Assembly: GCA_963777155.1 (NCBI GenBank)
Contig: CAVZPM010000001.1
Location: 64,001 to 128,000, forward strand
DNA length: 64,000 nucleotides
Reading direction: 5' to 3'
From: Candidatus Bathyarchaeota archaeon
GTDB taxonomy: Archaea > Thermoproteota > Bathyarchaeia > Bathyarchaeales > Bathycorpusculaceae
Positions 57,229 to 64,000 of the stretch are shown piece by piece. The position numbers and the translations under genes were made by a program. Each line of letters starts with the position of its first letter. Position 1 is the stretch's first letter. The notes beneath the pieces were generated by a model. The model was not told the origin of the DNA. It made no database searches and saw only the letters and a list, made by a program, of their open reading frames with translations.

Positions 57229-57732
57229 ATGGTTAAAACTGATGAAAACCTAAAAGCTGCCTTCGCAGGTGAATCGCAAGCCAACCGCATGTATCTGGCG
57301 TTTGCCAAGAAGGCCGATGAAGAAAGCTTGCCTCAAATCGCTAAACTCTTCCGTGCTGCAGCGGAAGCAGAAACCGTCCATGCGCACAACCATCTGCGTG
57401 TTATGGGCCAGGTAAAATCAACCCTTGACAACCTGGGCACCGCTGTTTCTGGCGAAACCTACGAATTCAAGCAGATGTACCCTGACTTCATGGCAGAAGC
57501 CAAAAAAGAAGGCAACAAACCCGCATTATTGAGCTTTGACTACGCTAACAAAGTGGAACAAATCCACGCAAAACTCTACCAAAAAGCAATCGACTCCTTA
57601 AAAAACAAAAAAGACCTTCCTAAAGCAGACATGTATGTGTGCCCTGTGTGTGGCAACACCTTTGAAGACAACATGCCCGACATGTGCCCAATCTGCGCGA
57701 CGCTAAAAGAAAAATTCATGAAAATAAATTAG
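57229..57732 (+). CDS. rbr: Rubrerythrin
   Basis: AFAGESQA, ETVHA, GETYE, EQIH, CPVCG...CPIC. Confidence 0.95.
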   Translation: MVKTDENLKAAFAGESQANRMYLAFAKKADEESLPQIAKLFRAAAEAETVHAHNHLRVMGQVKSTLDNLGTAVSGETYEFKQMYPDFMAEAKKEGNKPALLSFDYANKVEQIHAKLYQKAIDSLKNKKDLPKADMYVCPVCGNTFEDNMPDMCPICATLKEKFMKIN

Positions 57733-57738
57733 GGAAGA

Positions 57739-58929
57739 TTAGCCTTTGATTTTTTGGGCTATTTGTTGCCCAAACTCAAAGCATTTTTTCAACTCTTCTG
57801 CGGTAGGAACCCACTTAAATTCGACACCTGGCTCCATGACTTCGAAGCCTACTTCCTTAGCCATTTTAACCATACCTCGCACTGCCCCGCCTCCCCAACC
57901 ATACGAGCCGAAAAAGCCCCATAGCTTGCCTTTAGGCTTAAGTCCTCCGATGTAGGTTAGGAATGAGCCCATTGATGGGAACATACCGTTGTTTAGTGTT
58001 GGCGAACCTACAAGGACCACTTTGGCGTCAACGATTTCAGTAACTACATCGGTGTTGTCTGTGCAACGGAGCTTTAGCAGTTTCACTTCTACACCTTGGC
58101 TAGCGACTCCGTCTGCGATGGCTCTGGCCATTTTGTCGGTGCTACCCCACATCGTATCGAAGACAACGACCACTTTTTGTTTGGTGGTTTTACCCGTGCA
58201 CCAGTCCATGTATGCGTTTACGATTTTCATGGGGTCTTTTCGCCAGATGATGCCGTGACTTGGCGCAATCATGTCAATTGGGAGCTTCATGGCTACGACT
58301 TCCTCAATCTTCTTAACAATAAGGGGTGCAAAAGGCGTAAGGATGTTAGCGTAATAGGTAACTGCTTCTTCCATCAGTACCTGTTGATCAACTTCGTCAT
58401 CGAAGCGTCCTGAACTTGCAAGATGTTGCCCAAAAGCGTCGTTTGGCATAAGGATTTTGTCTTCGATTAGGTATGTGAACATGCTGTCGGGCCAGTGGAG
58501 CATTGGTGCCTCCAGGAATGTTAGGGTTTTCTTTCCAAGTTTTAACGTGTCACCTGATTTCACAGTTTCTACCCTTTCAAATTCGGCGCCATAATGTTTG
58601 ATAAGTTCTTCTTTACCACGTGCGGAAGAAAGAATTTTTGCGTTTTTTGCCAGTTTCGCGATTGTTGGGAGACTGCTGGAGTGGTCCATTTCTACATGGT
58701 TAACGACTATGTAGTCGATTTTTTCAAAGCTGACGTGTTCTTCAATATGTTCTATGAGTTCGTTGCAGAATGCTGCCTTCACTGTATCTACTAACGCTGT
58801 TTTTTCATCCTGAATAAGGTATGCGTTGTAGCTGCTTCCCCGACTTGTAATATAGCCGTGGAAATCCCGTATGTTCCAGTCGACGACGCCAACCCAGTTT
58901 ACTCCATCTTTTAGTATAATTTTAACCAA
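57739..58929 (-). CDS. fprA: Flavodiiron protein (FprA family O2/NO reductase)
   Basis: NHVEMDHS, MLHWPDSM, NDAFG, PSHG, TMWGST flavodoxin domain; GGAGGA RBS before TTG 58929. Confidence 0.95.
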   Translation of the reverse strand: MVKIILKDGVNWVGVVDWNIRDFHGYITSRGSSYNAYLIQDEKTALVDTVKAAFCNELIEHIEEHVSFEKIDYIVVNHVEMDHSSSLPTIAKLAKNAKILSSARGKEELIKHYGAEFERVETVKSGDTLKLGKKTLTFLEAPMLHWPDSMFTYLIEDKILMPNDAFGQHLASSGRFDDEVDQQVLMEEAVTYYANILTPFAPLIVKKIEEVVAMKLPIDMIAPSHGIIWRKDPMKIVNAYMDWCTGKTTKQKVVVVFDTMWGSTDKMARAIADGVASQGVEVKLLKLRCTDNTDVVTEIVDAKVVLVGSPTLNNGMFPSMGSFLTYIGGLKPKGKLWGFFGSYGWGGGAVRGMVKMAKEVGFEVMEPGVEFKWVPTAEELKKCFEFGQQIAQKIKG

Positions 58930-58985
58930 TTTTTTATCCTCCAAAAGCCCGATTCTAACCAAAGTTTAATACAGAAAATTTCGTT

Positions 58986-59005
58986 GAAACTCTTATATGA
59001 GTTTC
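58986..59005. promoter_or_regulatory. 7-6-7 inverted repeat overlapping a TATA-like core between divergent fprA and pdo
   Basis: GAAACTC-TTATAT-GAGTTTC. Confidence 0.5.
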
Positions 59006-59099
59006 GTTTTTTATTCGCGGCAACTGCATAGTTATATGCTGGAAACAACAGAGTTTAAATGTAGTTGCCTTTGGCAGGCATCCTTATGGAGGAAAAAGT

Positions 59100-59795
59100 T
59101 TGAGTCTACTTCCAGATGACAAAAAAGTACTCTTAAAAAACGATTTTAAGGAAAAACTGGTAGACCCAGTAAAAATCATTATGTTTACTCAAGAGATTGA
59201 ATGCCGATACTGCTCAGATACAAGAAAACTCGCCCAGGAACTTGCCACTCTCAGCGACAAAATCACTACTGAAGTTTACGATTTTATGGCTGACGGTTCC
59301 AAAGTCAAAGAGTACGGCATAGATAAGATTCCTGCACTCGCAATAATTGGCAAGAAAGATTACGGCGTTAGAATCTACGGGATTCCATATGGATATGAGC
59401 TGCAGACGTTGATTGAAGCGGTAATTAACGTTTCAAAGGGTAAAACCGACCTGTCGGATAAAACCAAGCAAATTATAGCTGACGTCAAATCACCTGTTCA
59501 CATCCAAGTTTTCGTCACCCTAACGTGTCCACATTGCCCAACCGCAGCTGCGGTAGCCCATAAGTTAGCCATAGAAAGCGACATGATAAAAGCTGATGTC
59601 ATAGAAACCAGTGAGTTCCCCGATTTAGCCCAAAAATATAACGTAATAGGGGTGCCAAAAATAGTAATAAACGAAACTGTTGAGTTTGTCGGGGCATTCA
59701 ATGAGGACCTGTTTGCAGAACACGTTCTGTTGGGTGCATTCCTGCCTTCTCAGCCCACACCCCCAATAATAAGTGACAAACTTAACATGTCATAA
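59100..59795 (+). CDS. Protein disulfide oxidoreductase (two thioredoxin folds, archaeal PDO)
   Basis: CRYC and CPHC; YGIPYGYE; GVPK. Confidence 0.92.
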   Translation: MSLLPDDKKVLLKNDFKEKLVDPVKIIMFTQEIECRYCSDTRKLAQELATLSDKITTEVYDFMADGSKVKEYGIDKIPALAIIGKKDYGVRIYGIPYGYELQTLIEAVINVSKGKTDLSDKTKQIIADVKSPVHIQVFVTLTCPHCPTAAAVAHKLAIESDMIKADVIETSEFPDLAQKYNVIGVPKIVINETVEFVGAFNEDLFAEHVLLGAFLPSQPTPPIISDKLNMS

Positions 59796-60156
59796 CCTTA
59801 GAAGCAACTTCATTTAGTGCTGTCTGAAAGAAGAAGAAATTTTCGCACACAGCATTTTTTCTTCTTCTCTTATATCAGACGCTGTTTTGATGTCTGATCT
59901 TTTCTTTTCGGTATTTGTGGAAGAACAACAACAAGTGAATTTCCAGAAATTGAACAGTTGTTGTTCTTTTAAGCTTAATTTGAGGTGCAGGATGCGCGAA
60001 AAGCATAAGCAGCGGCGGCTATTCTTGCAGCAGCTAACAGCCCGAAAGTTATAGAGCTAAATTACAGATGAAAAATAGATAGACACAAAATGGTGAATAC
60101 CATTAAGAACTTGAAAGAAACAAAAAGAAAAAATGTTGAGTCCTAAACCTTAGGGT

Positions 60157-60348
60157 TTAGCAGTGGTCGTGGCCACAATTGCAACTGTGCCCTGATGAAC
60201 CTGAGTTGCTGGTGAATTTTGCTGGAGACTTGTCAAAGGTTGCTTTACAGGAGGGGGCACAGAAATAGAATGTTTTGCCGTTGAAGTCGGATTTGAATTT
60301 CGCTTTTTTCTCATCCACCATCATTCCACACACTGGATCTTTAACCAT
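60157..60348 (-). CDS. YHS-domain small protein (putative copper chaperone)
   Basis: KDPVCGM, FYFCAPSC, C-terminal HSCNCGHDHC. Confidence 0.88.
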   Translation of the reverse strand: MVKDPVCGMMVDEKKAKFKSDFNGKTFYFCAPSCKATFDKSPAKFTSNSGSSGHSCNCGHDHC

Positions 60349-60370
60349 ACTTTTCACCTCACGTGCCTGC

Positions 60371-62479
60371 TTACTGTTTTACTTTATCTGATTTAAACTT
60401 AGCCAACTTTAGCAGCGCCGAGTTGCTCACGACAGTTAAGCTGCTTATCGCCATAGCACCCGCCGCATACATAGGGTTTAGAAGGCCTGAGGCAGCTATG
60501 GGAATCATGACAACATTGTAGGCGAAAGCCCAGAAAAGGTTGCTATTGATTTTCTGCATAGTCTTCCTGCTAAGTTCCACTCCTAATGCTACATCACGCA
60601 AATCATCTCTGATAAGAACTATGCCGCCTGTTTCTTTTGCAATGTCTGTCCCACTACCAATGGCTATTCCTATGTCAGCTTGTGCCAATGCTGGAGCATC
60701 GTTTATTCCGTCTCCAACCATCGCAACAACTTTACCCTCTCCCTGCAGCTTTTTGATTTCGTCTGCTTTCTGCCAAGGCAAAACATTAGCTATAACTTTA
60801 GTTATACCTAGTTGTTGCGCAATAGCTCTGGCTGTACGCTCGTTGTCTCCTGTGAGCATTGCTACTTCCAAGTGCAGATTTTTTAGTTCAGATATGGCTT
60901 GGGCAGAATTTTCTTTTAGCGTATCCATGGCAGCAATCAACCCTGCAACAACGCCATCCACAGCAAGAACCATGACGGTTTTACCCTCGGATTCCAACGT
61001 CAATTGATCAGCTTCCACATCATCTGTCGGCACATTTAGTTCCTGCATCAATTTACGGTTACCTAAGAGCACTTTTTTGTTTTCCACAATGCACTTTACG
61101 CCTCTGCCGGGTAATGCCTCAAATCCATCAGCTGGCGGAAGGGATATGTTTAGGGTTTGCGCCTTTGTGAGTACTGCCTCTGCTAAAGGGTGCTCAGAAC
61201 CCTTTTCGGCTGCACCAGCATACTTGAGTAAGTCTCTTTCATTGTAGCTGTTGTAGGTTCTGGTGTCAGTTACGCTTGGTTCTCCTTTGGTTAAGGTACC
61301 GGTTTTGTCGAAGATGACAATGCTGAGTTTTCGGGCTTTTTCGACATATTCGCCGCTTCGAAGTAATACTCCATATTCAGCGCCTTTTCCGACACCTGCT
61401 AATATTGCTGTCGGAGTTGCAATTCCAAGGGCGCATGGACAGGAGATTAAAACGACAGCCAGCAAAGCCAGAAATGCCTTGGTGAAATCTCCTGTTACAA
61501 TAAACCAATAACTAAACGATACCACTGCAACACTGAATATTATAGGGACAAACCATTTTACGACGCGATCCGCAAACTTTTGTACAGGAGCGCTTGATGC
61601 TTGGGCTTCTTCGACTAGATGAACGATTTGTGAAAGAGCGGTTTCGCTGCTGAGTTTGGTCGCTTTAAAGGTTAACAGTCCTGTTTTATTGATTGTTGCC
61701 CCAACAACTTGACTACCGACAGTTTTCTCGACGGGGATGCTTTCGCCTGTTATGAGTTTCTCATCAACAGAAGAATACCCCTCAGTTACTGTCCCATCGA
61801 TGGGAATTTTTTCACCTGGCTTAACAATTATTGTGTCGCCGACTTGCACTTCGTCGATGGGTACATCGGTTTCTTTTCCATCTTTCACGACGCGCGCCAT
61901 AGTTGGTTGAAGCTCCAATAGCTTGCGTATTGAAGCAGCTGAGCGGCGTCGGATTAACTCTTCAATGTAACGCCCAAGAAGGACAAATGCTAAGATGCCG
62001 ATGGCTACTTCCATATAGCCTGTGCCTGCTTGAACGTAGGAAGAGAAAAACACAGTTATTACCCCATAAATCCAGCCTGCTAGAACTCCAACTGTCACCA
62101 AAACATCCATGTTTACGTTGCGATTACGGAGCGATTGGAATGCGCCTTTGTATATTCTGTAGCCCGCGACCCAAACTATGGGAGTCGATACAAGGAATAT
62201 AATTACGTCGTAGACTTGAAATCCTCCTGCAACTTCAAAATACATTATGGTTGCGATTAATCCGAATAGTGTTAGCACCTTGAGTCCAAGGGCTGCTACT
62301 GCTCCTGCTAATGTGAAGGCTACTCGGCGTTGCATGGCTTTGAGTTCTCGTTCGGGTGCAGTGTAAACATCCAAACATTGTTGGCTACAAAAGTAATATG
62401 TTCGGTCACCTATTTTCGCGGACAATGCTGTTTCGGTATCTACATCCATGCCACAGACTGGGTCTCGTACGATAGTCAT
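60371..62479 (-). CDS. copA: Cu(I)-type P1B ATPase with N-terminal YHS domain
   Basis: TGES, CPC, DKTGT, SEHP, GDGIND, YN and MxxSS; N-terminal DPVCGM...YFCS. Confidence 0.93.
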   Translation of the reverse strand: MTIVRDPVCGMDVDTETALSAKIGDRTYYFCSQQCLDVYTAPERELKAMQRRVAFTLAGAVAALGLKVLTLFGLIATIMYFEVAGGFQVYDVIIFLVSTPIVWVAGYRIYKGAFQSLRNRNVNMDVLVTVGVLAGWIYGVITVFFSSYVQAGTGYMEVAIGILAFVLLGRYIEELIRRRSAASIRKLLELQPTMARVVKDGKETDVPIDEVQVGDTIIVKPGEKIPIDGTVTEGYSSVDEKLITGESIPVEKTVGSQVVGATINKTGLLTFKATKLSSETALSQIVHLVEEAQASSAPVQKFADRVVKWFVPIIFSVAVVSFSYWFIVTGDFTKAFLALLAVVLISCPCALGIATPTAILAGVGKGAEYGVLLRSGEYVEKARKLSIVIFDKTGTLTKGEPSVTDTRTYNSYNERDLLKYAGAAEKGSEHPLAEAVLTKAQTLNISLPPADGFEALPGRGVKCIVENKKVLLGNRKLMQELNVPTDDVEADQLTLESEGKTVMVLAVDGVVAGLIAAMDTLKENSAQAISELKNLHLEVAMLTGDNERTARAIAQQLGITKVIANVLPWQKADEIKKLQGEGKVVAMVGDGINDAPALAQADIGIAIGSGTDIAKETGGIVLIRDDLRDVALGVELSRKTMQKINSNLFWAFAYNVVMIPIAASGLLNPMYAAGAMAISSLTVVSNSALLKLAKFKSDKVKQ

Positions 62480-62551
62480 TTTGTTTTCTCCTTTGTTACA
62501 CTTTGTTGTTTTATGGATATAAATGTGTCTGATGAAGATATATCTTCTACA

Positions 62552-63292
62552 TCAATCAAAGCCATATCCCCCCAACAAAATAGCAAAGACTACAGCCCCA
62601 ATAGCTATGAAATAAAGAACCCACGCAACCAAACAAAATCGCCTTGACTCAACCTTCCCTGTACCTTGTAAAATCCAAAAAATTAAAACCGTAAACAACA
62701 GCCAAAATGCCCCTAATAGCCACCCCCCAATTACATCGCTTACCCAGTGGACCCCCAAATAAAGTCTATCAAAACCCACAATTCCAGCCACAGTACTAAA
62801 TCCCAAAGCTATTAGACCTCTATAGCTCAAGCTTTGCCAGTGTCGCCAAGCAAAATAGGCAAGCAATCCACCAAACACGATGCAAGCTGCACTGTGACCG
62901 CTTGGAAAAGAAAACCCGGAAAAAGCAACTATGGCGTTGGTTGGTCTTGCTACGTGGGCCATTGTTTTCACCAACGAAACAAGTAGGGCATCTCCACCAA
63001 TCGCACTTAGAAGCAGTAGACCAAGTGTCTTGTGATTCTTTAAGAAAAGGATTCCTGATATTGCTAAAGATATTATTGCTAAGATAATTGTGTCAAAGAC
63101 AACTGATATTCCCTTGGTGACTGTTGTCATTAAGGTTGTCTGGATTGATGGAATCCAAGCGTTAACTGATACATCGACCGAATGGAGACTGGTCCTAAAG
63201 AAAATTACTGCCAGGAATGCAAAAAGAAACACTAAACATGCAGTCGATAGCAGGCGTATACTTGGGGCTAATTTGCTATTTGTGTTTTCCAC
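62552..63292 (-). CDS. PAP2-family membrane phosphatase
   Basis: K......RP, FPSGH, RLYLGVHW.SDV. Confidence 0.93.
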   Translation of the reverse strand: MENTNSKLAPSIRLLSTACLVFLFAFLAVIFFRTSLHSVDVSVNAWIPSIQTTLMTTVTKGISVVFDTIILAIISLAISGILFLKNHKTLGLLLLSAIGGDALLVSLVKTMAHVARPTNAIVAFSGFSFPSGHSAACIVFGGLLAYFAWRHWQSLSYRGLIALGFSTVAGIVGFDRLYLGVHWVSDVIGGWLLGAFWLLFTVLIFWILQGTGKVESRRFCLVAWVLYFIAIGAVVFAILLGGYGFD

Positions 63293-63367
63293 TTGTTTTC
63301 CTTCATCGACTGCTTAAATCAGTAGCTATGAGAATGCTATAGGAATAAGGTGCCCTGTTGTAACTTA

Positions 63368-63643
63368 TTATTCTATTCTTTTTATGATGTGATACCCAAA
63401 TTTTGTCTTAATTGGGGCAGAAGTTTGACCTTTCTCAAGTTCAAAAGCTGCTTTCTCAAATTCCTTAACCATCTTACCCCTTGTGAAGGTGCCGAGATCT
63501 CCGCCTTTCTTCCCTGAGGGACAGAGAGAAACCTGCTGGGCTACAGCGCCAAATTTCTCGCCTTTATCTAGTCGGGCTTTGGCGTTGTTTGCTTCGGTTT
63601 GTGTTTTAACTAGTATATGGCAACAATGAACTTTGTCTGGCAT
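63368..63643 (-). CDS. Parvulin (PpiC-type) peptidyl-prolyl isomerase
   Basis: HILVK, SLCPSGKKGGDLG, MVKEFE.AAF, KTKFGYHII; ATG at 63643. Confidence 0.93.
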   Translation of the reverse strand: MPDKVHCCHILVKTQTEANNAKARLDKGEKFGAVAQQVSLCPSGKKGGDLGTFTRGKMVKEFEKAAFELEKGQTSAPIKTKFGYHIIKRIE

Positions 63644-63912
63644 AACAAGGATAGAGACGTTTTTAGCATATATCTTTTGCTTGCAGGTTTGTATGTTTTG
63701 GGGATGTTTTTGTATACGCTGGAAAATGCAAATATTCACTGAAAACCGTAGATTAGATAGATTTGGCTACATCTTTACATGCTTGGATGATGTCAAATTA
63801 ATGTAAATTTACATAAAAGTGTTAAAATATCAGTTTTTTATTTTGCGTCGCTTCGAACTTCGAAGTACCGGATAGAGATATTGTTATAACAAAAGTATTC
63901 AATAGCATAGCT

Positions 63913-64000
63913 ATGCAATCAGAAAAAATACCTGCAAAAATAGATGAAGAACAAATCCTCGACGAGGAAACTGCAAGACAACTCGCCAGAGTAGTTGAAT
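63913..64000 (+). CDS. Start of an unidentified ORF running off the window
   Basis: MQSEKIPAKIDEEQILDEETARQLARVVE; TTATAA box upstream. Confidence 0.5.
   Translation, partial: MQSEKIPAKIDEEQILDEETARQLARVVE

Noticed and set aside
59800-60110. Possible Cys-containing small ORF downstream of the YHS gene
   Set aside because: No clear start or RBS, and no recognisable motif.
215-63317. Numerous antisense or shadow ORFs in the six-frame track
   Set aside because: They overlap well-supported genes on the opposite strand or frame and lack motifs.

Overview
Archaeal chromosomal window. Archaeal L7Ae/S28e/L24e/L40e, TFB, Gar1, Alba, archease/RtcB and an Elf1-like gene point to a TACK-lineage organism; a Bathyarchaeia-like origin is my inference, not a database result. 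Most of the window is core or metabolic: a GT4/GH57 alpha-glucan cluster, two cyclophilins, rtcB/adk/archease, an NAD(P)-dependent Mtd, a complete dapA-dapB-asd-lysA-dapF-dapL operon, translation and transcription genes, hypA with a Mrp-type hypB, a gluconeogenesis block (DUF2090 aldolase-like, glpX, type I gap, frameshifted pgk), two tRNAs (Gly-TCC, Arg-CCG), and a ~17 kb redox/metal-stress block. The most notable feature is at 5.9-8.3 kb, just upstream of tRNA-Gly. Four unrelated, AT-rich, single-gene membrane-protein units, each with its own TATA box, are separated by a conserved ~56-61 bp imperfectly palindromic repeat. There is a right-half-only copy at the left end and a left-half-only copy at the right end. 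A divergent ORF next to the array reads in frame through the whole tRNA, as the N-terminal fragment of an SSV-type integrase would. This looks like an integron-like gene-cassette array with non-canonical sites. No catalytic recombinase domain is visible in the window. Three genes (pgk, a peroxiredoxin, a disulfide reductase) carry single-base lesions that may be assembly errors. All family calls are from motif recognition; no searches were run.
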